From the NCBI GenBank assembly GCA_051546255.1, contig CP128817.1, positions 1,488,001-1,552,000 of the forward strand: a DNA stretch of 64,000 bases, given 5' to 3'. Shown piece by piece: positions 21,201-29,935 of this stretch. A model generated the notes under the pieces. It did no database searches. It was not told the DNA's origin and saw only the letters and a program-made list of their open reading frames with translations. Position numbers and translations under genes: made by a program. How positions within the stretch are numbered: the stretch's first letter is position 1; each line of letters opens with the position of its first letter. The stretch is from Meyerozyma guilliermondii (taxonomy: Eukaryota).

Positions 21201-21383
21201 CTCCAAACCGATCCGTTCTGGGTGCCTCATACCGAGGAAGAATTGGAAGAGCTTGGCGAATTTGCCGAAAGAGAAAACGTTGCCCGAAGATACATGAACA
21301 ATGTTCGGCGTCGGAAGGGGCTTTTCGTCGACGAAAAAACCGTGAAAAATGCAGAAAAGCAGAGAACACTTAAGAAAGACTAG
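18285..21383 (+). CDS. RIA1: Elongation factor-like GTPase for 60S maturation (EFL1)
   Basis: RNICILAHVDHGKTSLSDSL, RGITMESSAI, LIDSPGHIDF, NKID, RKKTSGAASPQL, DPFWVP.TEEELEE, NAEKQRTLKKD. First ATG at 18285. Confidence 0.96.
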   Translation: MKLSPQKVHELQHNTDQIRNICILAHVDHGKTSLSDSLLATNGIISHRMAGKVRYLDSREDEQLRGITMESSAISLYFKVMKQSKDGSESGIKEYLINLIDSPGHIDFSSEVSTASRLCDGAVVLVDVVEGVCSQTVNVLRQCWTDKLKPILVLNKIDRLITEWKLSPTEAYQHLSRTVEQVNSVIGTFFAGERMEDDMLWRESGSTTEFVEKDDKDLYFAPEKNNVIFASAIDGWAFSVNTFAKIYLAKLGFSHTVLSKTLWGDFYLDMKNKKIIPGPKLKPNQSSLKPLFVGLILEQIWMIYQNCVVERNQDRLESIIEKLGAKIGPRDLRSKDSKQLLNLIMSQWIPVSHALLGTVINFLPSPIDAQQQRMHKILSECLFDVCSEQPKNEVLSEENERAIVECDKTSPNVLAYVSKMVSVPNEELPKDIEPGLTAEEFIQRGREARELAKKASEAAAALREATMEEEKPAEKKDPFEWEFEEDDFEQESDDDEDVPSNETLIAFTRVFSGLLKVGQTIVTVGPKYDPSLPIDDAQNQDLVKETVIKDLYLIMGRLFLKMDEVPAGNIVGVVGLDDVVLKSATISSPLTTPYINLASTSTLIHNEPILKIAIEPTNPAKLNKLERGLALLSKADPVFEWYIDDETGELIMCVAGELHLERCLKDLEERFAKGCDVSVKEPVIPFREGLLSNKSESTYKKLPENYTVEGLDLELEVLKLPVEITNFLISHESDISTLVFGKHDAKVRARTSLRREFLGAVDGITEFKKDIFDGCEIDTWESFLDLIVSMGPRRVGPNLLVETALNGCKFGRIFGDGSSISSRFEYENNVINGFELAVNNGPLSSEPMQGVLVIIKRSNFEADDGSLVNTSGRVYRVTRDLIHTHFLSKSPRLLLAMYTCDIQASGEVLGRVYAVVQKRGGSIISEEMKEGSPFFTIEARIPVVEAFGFSEEIRKKTSGAASPQLVFDGFDFLQTDPFWVPHTEEELEELGEFAERENVARRYMNNVRRRKGLFVDEKTVKNAEKQRTLKKD

Positions 21384-21459
21384 CATAACCCGGTATATAG
21401 TACTGCACACAACCCCGGATCCATTGTAGCAGCATCGATTTGTTAGAGCTCTCAAATAC

Positions 21460-22446
21460 ATGCTGGGGTTACAACAGATGCCCAAAGACGGCGGAGTGGA
21501 CCCACAAGTCGATCCAGCAACCCCCATAGGGCTTAGGAAGAGGCTGGAGGTGGATTCCAAGCTCTTTTTCGAGGCGTGGCAGAGAGCCATGACTGTGAAA
21601 GATTCCGGTGAAGATGAGTTTCTGCCGTTTCCAGACGACGGAGAAGGTCTAAAGCATCTTGTGACTCGAGATCTCTACAGGGTGTTACAAGAAGCGCAAC
21701 ATATCAGCAGTGAAGAAAAGGGACTTCGAATGAACCAGCTCTTAAAAGAATCAGACATCGACGTTTTATACAAGAAGATCTCGCAGATATTTTCTCCTCC
21801 TAACAGCACCAACGGATTTTCTCTCTACGATACGAAGGACGAGGAAGGTTTGCACGACGGAAACGCCGAGTTTTTCTCGGACCAGGACTACGGTCAGAGC
21901 GATTACGACATCGATGAGGTGCACGACGATTTGGCCCATCATATCGAAGTGGAAGTGGATCGGGGTACGGGATGTGAGGGTCACGAAGGCAGTTGTAGTT
22001 GCGACGAATATGATGACCAGGGGCCGTCGTGTGAGTTTACGTTCGAATACGACCATAATGGCAAGTTGATCCCCACCAGTAATAATGTTGAAGAGCAGTT
22101 GCGACTCATGCAACTTCAGAACCAACAGTTCCAGAGCCAGCGACCTCAGCGACCACCCAAGGGTCAGCGACAAAACCAGCTCGAGAACCGACCGGCAATG
22201 AGCAAAAAGAAAAAGAATAAGAAGAAAAAGAATAAGGAACCGAGTGCCGCTAGTGGTTCATGCTGCTGTCTCTTTTGTGAGTACGAGGCGATCTACGGCG
22301 TGGAGCCTCGACAGATGGTCAAGTGGTACGAGCGCACAGTGAGGCAGGAAGAACAGCGACGGCTTGAAATTAAGAAGAAGTTGGAAAAAGTGAAGCATAA
22401 TGTTCTGAAGCGACAGAGAGAGAAAGAAGAGCGCAGTGAACAGTAA
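21460..22446 (+). CDS. IBD2: Ibd2-like protein (BUB2-dependent spindle checkpoint pathway)
   Basis: C-terminal CLFCEYEAIYGVEPRQMVKWY matches the Ibd2 motif as I recall it (CLFCEYxxxFGxxPRxMIKWY). Acidic middle region and a basic NLS-like tract. Confidence 0.65.
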   Translation: MLGLQQMPKDGGVDPQVDPATPIGLRKRLEVDSKLFFEAWQRAMTVKDSGEDEFLPFPDDGEGLKHLVTRDLYRVLQEAQHISSEEKGLRMNQLLKESDIDVLYKKISQIFSPPNSTNGFSLYDTKDEEGLHDGNAEFFSDQDYGQSDYDIDEVHDDLAHHIEVEVDRGTGCEGHEGSCSCDEYDDQGPSCEFTFEYDHNGKLIPTSNNVEEQLRLMQLQNQQFQSQRPQRPPKGQRQNQLENRPAMSKKKKNKKKKNKEPSAASGSCCCLFCEYEAIYGVEPRQMVKWYERTVRQEEQRRLEIKKKLEKVKHNVLKRQREKEERSEQ

Positions 22447-22967
22447 AGAAAGACAAAAAGAAAAAGACAAAAAGAGTTACTGTGGAAAAAGAGATCACGA
22501 ATAATCTTTAAAAGCTGTACTTGTCCAGAACTTTCGCTCTCTACGGTTGCTATTATAAAACACTAACGCCGGATTGTTCCTTCATTCATTCATAATACCG
22601 TTCGGCGATCGCAACTTTTCAAATTGCTAATTTTTTCGCTAACCTTTTTGGAAAGTTTTTGGAGAATCTTCTTGAAATCTTCTTGGTTGGTTCCTGCTAG
22701 TCCTTTGCTACTCCATCTAACTACATTCATAGCAATACCCGGAGCAACCAGATCTTGGTCCCGTCCTGCATCCGCGCCATGTAGATAAAAAATACGCCTG
22801 TATCCTACAAGAGGGGTGTGGTCACATGGATCGTTTTAGGGGTGACGTACAAACGCCTGGTGCGGTAATTACTGACAAAAGGTGGCGGGGCAACCGCACC
22901 ATTTGTGGTATATAATTGGAGCGTTCTCATCTAGAAAATTACCACTGTTTTTGTAGGTGAAAAAATC

Positions 22968-23240
22968 ATGAGTTACGACGAACCAAAATCTCTGTGGGTC
23001 AAAGACTGGTATACGCCAGCTTCCAGTGAACTTAGTGGAGAAATGGGATATTCTATCAAAATTAAACTTAATGGGTGGCACCGGTCGAAGCAATCTGACA
23101 AAAAACACCTGGTGGTGACGACCAGAGATGTTCTAGATTTGAACCAATGGAGATACAACGATAAGATTCCCGTTGTTCGAAGAGAAAGCAGAGACGAAGC
23201 GGTGGTCACGGAAGCTGACGAGTTCACGGAGAGTTTATAA
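22968..23240 (+). CDS. RTT102: Rtt102-like small subunit of the SWI/SNF and RSC Arp7-Arp9 module
   Basis: With CTG=Ser it reads SSWVKDWYTPAS...YSIKIKLNGWHR...RDVLDLNQW, collinear with recalled S. cerevisiae Rtt102 blocks SWRYDWYQPS...YPFRYKTWLR...EDILDLKEF. Good start context (AAAAATCATG) and TATATAA about 55 nt upstream. Confidence 0.6.
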   Translation: MSYDEPKSLWVKDWYTPASSELSGEMGYSIKIKLNGWHRSKQSDKKHLVVTTRDVLDLNQWRYNDKIPVVRRESRDEAVVTEADEFTESL

Positions 23241-23247
23241 TGTGTAG

Positions 23248-24735
23248 TTACGGTTTGAATCCAAAGAGAAAGTAGCCTTCTCGGGCATCCATCACTGCTT
23301 CTTGTAGCTGTTGCTGGTCTTCTGGAGTCCAAATTTGGCGGGTTTTAAGTGCTTGCTTCTTCTTCGAGGCCCAGATATGGGCATTTTGCTCGTTGGTGGT
23401 GGGCGATACGATAATGATGGCAGTTTCCGGTGGTGCTTGTTCCACCAAAAGTTGTATAGAATTTGCAACCGATATCTTATTTTCCAGTTCGGCGTCTCGA
23501 AGTGTGAGAACAACGAGCTTCTTGTTTTTGACTTGTTCGAGACAAGTCTTGGTGGCTTCTTCGTCGCTGGTAACAGGACAAAATTCGAACCCTGGAGGTG
23601 CGGTCGAAGCGAGCTTGTCGGTATAACTGGCACTCACTTTAAGTCTTTCCACTAGCGGAATTTCTTCACTAACCATACCAAAAAGCGGTCCATTCTGAAG
23701 CTTTAGTTTCATCAAGTCCACACTCGCTTTGGCATCTTCTTCGGGATAATGTCCAAGACTACTATTTTGTATCTCACGGTTCAAATATTTTTGTGCCAAC
23801 CATTGGAGCTGAGGACGCCGAGGTGGACCCTGGGCATGCTCATAGAGAATCGATGTGTCTATGATGCGGGAATGAGAAATTTTCAAAACCCGAAGATCTG
23901 AATCCAAAGAATGGCCCACAAGTATGTCGTGCGATGAGATGGTCGCTAGAAGTGTTGCTTGAATTTGACCTAAGGTTGTAGTGACATTTTCCAACATTTC
24001 CCTGGTGATGCCTGAGTACTCTGTCTTGTAGTCTGTGATCTCCTCGCTGGGTTTGACGAGTTGGTCCAAAATTACCGATCCGTCTTCTTTGATCAAGCAG
24101 ATTCTCGTCAACACTTTTTCGCTTCCAGCATTGCAAAACTCACAGTCCAACCCGAATATCTTTTTAGGAGTTCCCAAGTCCTTTGTGGTGAAATATCCAT
24201 CGCAATTGGGCATCGGGTACTCTCGAAACTTCATCTGGTCAATTGTCAAGAGACAGTTATCTGGAGTCAATTGTGCTTTCTTCAGTTCCTCCAACCGGTC
24301 ATTCTTCTCCTTCCTGGTCATCCGTATCGAGAGCATCGCTTCGGTCAACAGATATAGCAGATCCCTTTGAGCTGGCGACCGCAATTGAAAGAGCCAATTT
24401 AGACCTTGAAGGCTCGACAAACTCAGGAACAAACCAAGGTCAACTTCTTCAATTGGAATGTCCGTCTTGTCATTGTTGACCTTGTACTTGATGCCAGACT
24501 CAATACCAGGAACAATACACACAATTGCCCGCGGATCGGTGGGTTTGTGCCAGGATGATGCCCAAGATGGGGGCAGATTTGAGTCATTTAAAAGACTTAT
24601 AAGAATGGTTCTGATGCCATTTGCAGACATTCGCTTGCCTATGTTGGTCTTGGGAACATACTGGTTGCCTAAGGCGGCTTTCTGGGCTTTTTTCTTGTGC
24701 GGTTTAGGCTTTTTTTTCATGGGCTCAGAAGTCAT
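23248..24735 (-). CDS. RNH70: DEDDh 3'-5' RNA exonuclease (REX1 family)
   Basis: IFGLDCEF (ExoI), LVKP..ITDYKTEYSGIT, LVGHSLDSDL (ExoII), GHYPEEDA (ExoIII). First ATG at 24735. Confidence 0.8.
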   Translation of the reverse strand: MTSEPMKKKPKPHKKKAQKAALGNQYVPKTNIGKRMSANGIRTILISLLNDSNLPPSWASSWHKPTDPRAIVCIVPGIESGIKYKVNNDKTDIPIEEVDLGLFLSLSSLQGLNWLFQLRSPAQRDLLYLLTEAMLSIRMTRKEKNDRLEELKKAQLTPDNCLLTIDQMKFREYPMPNCDGYFTTKDLGTPKKIFGLDCEFCNAGSEKVLTRICLIKEDGSVILDQLVKPSEEITDYKTEYSGITREMLENVTTTLGQIQATLLATISSHDILVGHSLDSDLRVLKISHSRIIDTSILYEHAQGPPRRPQLQWLAQKYLNREIQNSSLGHYPEEDAKASVDLMKLKLQNGPLFGMVSEEIPLVERLKVSASYTDKLASTAPPGFEFCPVTSDEEATKTCLEQVKNKKLVVLTLRDAELENKISVANSIQLLVEQAPPETAIIIVSPTTNEQNAHIWASKKKQALKTRQIWTPEDQQQLQEAVMDAREGYFLFGFKP

Positions 24736-24909
24736 AGCTGCGAAAGAAGAAAACGAAATTATGAGATTTTGCAAAATGTGAGAATTGAGAGAGTAGAGTA
24801 AAAAGTCGAAGGGTAAATGAATGTGATAAATGAAGGTAATAAACGAAGGTGATAAAAAGAAGGAGGTAGATTTAAGGTGATTGAGAGGTCAGGTGTGTAA
24901 GGATTTATT

Positions 24910-26190
24910 CTACTTGGTCAACATACTCTCTCTGGCAGGTCCAGTTCCTACCCACTCGATTGGCACCTCGAGGAAATCTTCAATAAACTTCAAATACTTC
25001 TGGGCATTTTCAGGAAGATCAGAGTACTTCTTGATTCCAGTGATATCCTGTTCCCATCCAGGAAGAGTGACATAGTCAACCTCGACGTTTTTCAAAACGT
25101 TCAAGTCTTCGGGGAAACTTTCCAATTTCTTGCCCTTGTAAGTGTACGATACACCCACTTTAATTTCCTTGAAAGTGTCCAAAACGTCCAATTTCGTAAT
25201 GTTCAACGAAGTGTAGCCATTGATAGCGGTGGAGTACTTCATAACCACCAAATCCAACCATCCGCATCTTCTCTTTCTACCAGTGGTGACTCCGAATTCG
25301 GCACCAATGTCCTGGAGTTTCTCACCAACCTCGTTCAATTGTTCGGTGGGGAAAGGTCCTTCACCGACTCTGGTCGTGTAGGCCTTTACTACACCGTAAA
25401 CATTTCTAATTGCGGTGGGAGGAAGGCCAAGACCAGTCAAGACACCTCCAATACCAGTAGACGACGATGTAACATAGGGGTAAGTACCAAAGTCAATGTC
25501 CAACATCAACGCATTGGCACCTTCCACCAAGATCCTCTTCTTGTCTTTGATTGCCTTGTGCATGAAATTGACGGAATCAACGACAAATGGCTTGAGGACC
25601 TCACGGTACTTTTTATAGCGTTCAAGTTCGGCTTCAGCGTCGTACTCAAACTCGCCATATCTCTTGTACCTCGAGTCCACAAGACGGTAGTATCTGGTCT
25701 TGAACTCGTCCCAAGCATCCGGGTCGTCGGAAACAAGATGGTGAACCCGAATACCCGACCTCGAAGCCTTGGTGGAATAGGTGGGTCCAATACCCTTTCC
25801 GGTAGTACCAATTGACTTTTTGTTCTCGGACAACTCGGCCTCCTTCAACTTATCGGTCCGTTGGTGGAAATCAAACACCAAGTGGGCTCTGGAGGAAACA
25901 AAAAGACGGTTTCTACAGTCCAAGCCCTTCTTTTCGAGATTTTCCAATTCTTCAAAAAACGAGGGAATGTGTACAACCACACCCGAACCCAAGATGTTTT
26001 GGCATTTGGGGTTCACGAGACCCGAGGGAAGCATATGGAAATCATATTTGGTTTTTCCAACCACAATAGTGTGACCAGCGTTGTTTCCACCGGCACAACG
26101 AGCACATACTTCAATGTCGTCACAAAGAAGATCCACGAGTTTTCCTTTGCCTTCGTCACCCCACTGGGCGCCAAGGACTACGTCACACAT
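24910..26190 (-). CDS. ADE12: Adenylosuccinate synthetase
   Basis: [62 protein letters not shown]. Confidence 0.98.
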   Translation of the reverse strand: MCDVVLGAQWGDEGKGKLVDLLCDDIEVCARCAGGNNAGHTIVVGKTKYDFHMLPSGLVNPKCQNILGSGVVVHIPSFFEELENLEKKGLDCRNRLFVSSRAHLVFDFHQRTDKLKEAELSENKKSIGTTGKGIGPTYSTKASRSGIRVHHLVSDDPDAWDEFKTRYYRLVDSRYKRYGEFEYDAEAELERYKKYREVLKPFVVDSVNFMHKAIKDKKRILVEGANALMLDIDFGTYPYVTSSSTGIGGVLTGLGLPPTAIRNVYGVVKAYTTRVGEGPFPTEQLNEVGEKLQDIGAEFGVTTGRKRRCGWLDLVVMKYSTAINGYTSLNITKLDVLDTFKEIKVGVSYTYKGKKLESFPEDLNVLKNVEVDYVTLPGWEQDITGIKKYSDLPENAQKYLKFIEDFLEVPIEWVGTGPARESMLTK

Positions 26191-26306
26191 GATTTGAGAA
26201 GAAAGTAATAAACGCTAGGGAGAAGCGTGAAGCGTACAAGTGACCGCTTAAGCCAAGAGCGTCGGTGCGAAGATTTATGTTAATTTGGCAGCGCACGACC
26301 TAAATT

Positions 26307-26314
26307 CAGAGTCA
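26307..26314 (-). promoter_or_regulatory. TGACTCTG, Bas1/Gcn4-type site upstream of ADE12
   Basis: CAGAGTCA on + strand, about 117 nt upstream of the ADE12 ATG. Confidence 0.55.
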
Positions 26315-26535
26315 GAACGTGAGACAATGAGGAAGAGAAAGAGAGAAAGAGAGCATAAGCTATTTTAGTGAAAAATCAAGGAAGGGTAGAGATCATGATG
26401 AGATAGGATTTACTTTTTCTGATCCTCTTGGATCATTTTTATGTTCTTTTTCTCTTTTTCTGTTCTTTCCTTTACTTCGCTTCTCTTTTCTTTTTCTACA
26501 TTATCTCTTCTTTCTCTTACTTCTCTTATTACCTA

Positions 26536-27768
26536 CTAGTTCAACTTGGCCAAAATGGCATCGGTAAACTCGGTGGTGGACGACGAACCCCCAATGTCCT
26601 TGGTTCTGATCTTACCGTCGGCAATCACATCATAAGTGGCACGGGAAATTCGGTCGGCGTGGTCGTTGAGTCCCAAGTGTCTCAACATCATGGCAGCCGA
26701 CAAAATCATGGCGGTTGGGTTGGCGGTGTTTTGACCCTTGATGTCCAAACCAACGTGACGACATCCTGGCTCGAAAACGGCGTACTCTCTACCAAAGTTG
26801 GCACCGGGAACCAAACCTGGACCCCCAATTAAAGCAGCACCAATATTGGATAAAATAGAACCATAAAGGTTGGGGGTGACCAAAACGTCGAATTGATGAG
26901 GCTTGGCCACAGCTTGCATCGAGGCATTGTCGACAATAAGATCATTGACCTCGATTCCCGAGTACAATTGACCCACATCTTTCACGGTTTGACGGAACAA
27001 ACCATCTCCCAATTTCATGATATTGGCCTTGTGGATGGCGGTGACCAACTTACGGTTGTTCTTCTTGGCAAAGTCAAATGCAAACTTGGCGATTCTCTCG
27101 GATTTGAACCGGGTCATGATCTTCATCGACTCAACCACACCAGGGTAAGATTGGTGTTCCAATCCAGAATATTCACCTTCAGTGTTTTCTCTGACGAGGG
27201 CAAAGTCAATGCCTTGCAAACGCGACTTGACGCCGGGAATGTTTTTGATCAAGACCAACGAAGCAAAAATATCCAATTCTTTTCTCAACGCAACATTCAA
27301 CGATTTGCCGGACGATCCAGTTGGAGTAAACAAGATACCTTTCAATCCCACCTTGTTTCTCTTCAACGATTCCACAGCCTCGGCAACCCCGGTACCCTTG
27401 TCCAAACCAGAAACATCAACAGTTTCCCATTCGATGGGGACGTTTTCCGACTTGAAAATGGTCTTGACGGAATCGGTGATTTCCTTACCAATACCATCTC
27501 CTGGAATGAGGGTGACGGTGTACTTGCCCCCGTACTTCTTGGGCAACACCGCTTCCGGCGATGCAAACGTAGCCAAGCTACGAACTGATGACTTGAAGTT
27601 AGTAGAAATTCGGGGGTGGGAGACTCCGAGCTCCGAAATGCAAGAGAAGCACTTTTTGAAAAGGGTGCACAATTGTATAGTGGGATATGAAGCCACGCGA
27701 CTTCTGTTGTTCAATTGCTTTGCGCGTTAAAAATCTTTGGGACTTACCTTTTGGATTGACTTCAACAT
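26536..27768 (-). CDS. IDH1: NAD-dependent isocitrate dehydrogenase subunit 1, mitochondrial; spliced (exon 1 27768-27748, exon 2 27591-26536)
   Basis: LPKKYGGKYTVTLIPGDGIGKEI, SLNVALRKELD, RENTEGEYSGLEH, FEPGCRHVGLDIKG. Exon 1 MLKSIQK joins in frame to SSVRSLATF and gives a plausible mitochondrial presequence. Confidence 0.93.
27592..27747 (-). other. Spliceosomal intron in IDH1 (156 nt)
   Basis: Donor GTAAGT at 27747, branch TACTAAC at 27604-27598. The only nearby in-frame acceptor is AAG ending at 27592. Confidence 0.8.
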
Positions 27769-27851
27769 GTGTGGTGGATGATTTGATGAAATTTTTGAAA
27801 AACGTATTTTGGCGCCTGCAGATAGCAACTCCGCGGGCCCCGGCTCCGAGC

Positions 27852-27867
27852 GCGCTGTGATTGGCCG
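27852..27867. promoter_or_regulatory. CCAAT box (TGATTGG) in the IDH1/FMC1 divergent promoter
   Basis: GCGCTGTGATTGGCCG. A near-identical element lies upstream of SDH3. Confidence 0.6.
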
Positions 27868-28101
27868 AGGGAGGCTACCCTGAAAAGGAGGAAGAAGAAT
27901 TTTTTTTTTTAAGAGTGTGGGCGGGCTAGTGCATAACAGTGCCAAACGGGACCAAATTGGCTCTTCCTTCCGTTTTCAAATTGAAAATTGGGGGTATTGT
28001 TGCACCCAATACACCACTAGTTTCTTTCATTCTCACCTTTTGCATCCAGACACCTCTCACTCTCATTCATTTCTTCTTCCACCCACACACCATTTTTCAT
28101 C

Positions 28102-28521
28102 ATGTTACCCCAACTCTACCGGGCGCTTCGCCGTGAGCTTGGAATCATCAACAGAAAGTCGCACGAGGTCCATTCGGCCAAGGAGCTTGAACGGGTCAAA
28201 GCTCGCTTACAGTACCAAAAAATCCAGCTTATACGAGCAAAAAAGCCCATTTCGGAAATCGAAAATGAAATAAATTCAAAATTAGCCGCCGCTTCTAGGC
28301 CTCCTAAGGTCAAAACTGATGTGATTCGGTCACTTATAGCGGAATCCCCCGACCATTTGCCTAAAGTTGGTATTCAAAACTTGAAAAATGTTGCCGTTTT
28401 TCTTAAATCTCAACGAACTTATAACGAACTCATCGAACGCTATAACCCGGGACTCACCATGAGCCAGGAGGACAATGTTAGTAAGACTGCTAACCGGGTG
28501 GGCCTCCAGGTTCCAAAGTAA
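28102..28521 (+). CDS. FMC1: Mitochondrial F1Fo ATP synthase assembly factor
   Basis: LYR-like N-terminus (LYRALRREL) and FLKSQRTYNELIERYNPGLTMSQEDNVSKTANRVGL. Confidence 0.9.
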   Translation: MLPQLYRALRRELGIINRKSHEVHSAKELERVKARLQYQKIQLIRAKKPISEIENEINSKLAAASRPPKVKTDVIRSLIAESPDHLPKVGIQNLKNVAVFLKSQRTYNELIERYNPGLTMSQEDNVSKTANRVGLQVPK

Positions 28522-28536
28522 ATTTGCAAATAAATT

Positions 28537-29304
28537 CTAGTCTACATATAATACATCATCACCTGTGCGACGCTTATGACTGTACAAGTCGTCGTCATCA
28601 TTTTTGCGCTTGAGTTTACAGTGTGTCGTGAGCACGGTGCTGTTGTGCTTGATGGCGTTGTTTTCCGTGCTGAACTGGCGCACCGCCTCAATCACCAACA
28701 AGTCGTCGTAGAAGCTGGGGTTGAGAGGACAAACTCCGTCGGTCCGTGCAACCAAACGGTTGTAACTGGCACCATAATTGAGCCCGTAGTGGTCCATCAA
28801 GTACGACATGGCCAACCCCGTGGCAACCAGGTTAAAGTTTTCACTCAGAACAATCGCCACTTCAATGGTATCGTCGACATGGCGTAAAAGCTTGATTAAA
28901 CGATTGAGAGAAAACAAATGTGGTTTCAAACTACCACTCAACACCGGCAGCAGCATGGAGAACGGACGGCCATTGGGCATTGGGTGGATGAGATTGTGGG
29001 CTCTGGAATTGAGACCATAAAAATGACCAATATAGTTTTGAAGAACGCGGTTAAGACGCGTGATATACTCCATCAACCTCTCCAGCTCGTCCGGCGAGAA
29101 ATTGTCGGTGGAAAAACCAGGGTCCAAACTCACCATAATCACATCTGAAGAAATAGCCATGTTAGAGTTTTCTAAATGTGCCAAAAATTTGTAAGTGGGA
29201 GAACAATTAATCACGAGTTTAAAGTTGTGACGGGTCATCGCTACCAGCTCGAACAGCTGATATGTCCCCAACCACATTCCGGGGGCAAACTCGTGGCATT
29301 CCAT
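28537..29304 (-). CDS. Dual-specificity phosphatase-fold protein lacking the catalytic CX5R motif
   Basis: EFAPGMWLG...VINCS N-terminus and ...TGLAMSYLMDHYGLNYGASYNRLVAR...PLNPSFYDDL follow the DSP (AYLM motif) layout. The P-loop position reads VAIVSSENFNSVAT, with no Cys or Arg. Confidence 0.55.
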   Translation of the reverse strand: MECHEFAPGMWLGTYQLFELVAMTRHNFKLVINCSPTYKFLAHLENSNMAISSDVIMVSLDPGFSTDNFSPDELERLMEYITRLNRVLQNYIGHFYGLNSRAHNLIHPMPNGRPFSMLLPVLSGSLKPHLFSLNRLIKLLRHVDDTIEVAIVLSENFNLVATGLAMSYLMDHYGLNYGASYNRLVARTDGVCPLNPSFYDDLLVIEAVRQFSTENNAIKHNSTVLTTHCKLKRKNDDDDLYSHKRRTGDDVLYVD

Positions 29305-29870
29305 TTTGGTTTGGTTGTTGTGTGATAATTCGGTGATACTTTTGTTGAAAAAATGGGTTGCAAAAAATCTTGAATTGGTTCCTTATGAATCCTAAAGGAT
29401 TCTTAATGGGTTCCTAATCGGTTTCAGAGTCGTGTGAGCCGAGATATAAATATAAACACGTAAAGTTTGAATTTTTTTATTGCAGAGTTGAGCTGCAAAG
29501 ATGGCTGCTTCGTGAGCGGCTTGCACACTTTTTATAGCGGAACTGCGGTTGCAGCCGATGCTGCTTACGTAAACGGGCCAGGCCAGCGCCGCTCGGCGGT
29601 GGAACTGCGACGCTGATTAAGTCAGCACGCGGAGAAGCTTACATTATGACGGACCCGACCCGGATGTCGATTATGTAAGGTAGATGCGAGCTATGTAACA
29701 TTAGCCCACCGATTACCTAATATGAAGAGGACATTGTGCTCCTTTAAAGTAGCCACTGAAGGGAGTTTGAAGTCCCGATTGTTGAGGTGCAGCATGCATT
29801 CAGTGCCATGCATGATCATAATTTGTTAAATGGTGATTTAAAGGGTGGATGTCGCAGATTACATAATTGC

Positions 29871-29886
29871 GCACTGTGATTGGTCG
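29871..29886. promoter_or_regulatory. CCAAT box upstream of SDH3
   Basis: GCACTGTGATTGGTCG about 50 nt before the SDH3 ATG, 12 nt from a TTACATAA site. Confidence 0.6.
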
Positions 29887-29935
29887 GTGAGCGCGAAATA
29901 TTCCCCGGAACTCAACTTTTACTCGTTGTTTAATC

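Noticed and set aside
22826..22956. Possible upstream exon and intron for the RTT102-like gene (TTGTAG at 22951-22956)
   Set aside because: No GTAAGT/GTATGT donor and no branch motif next to the AG, unlike the three real introns.
26893..27588. 231-aa antisense ORF over IDH1
   Set aside because: Antisense shadow typical of highly biased metabolic genes.
27592..27714. N-terminal extension MNNRSRVASY... of the IDH1 ORF
   Set aside because: TTG start inside the intron. The spliced model explains the N-terminus better.
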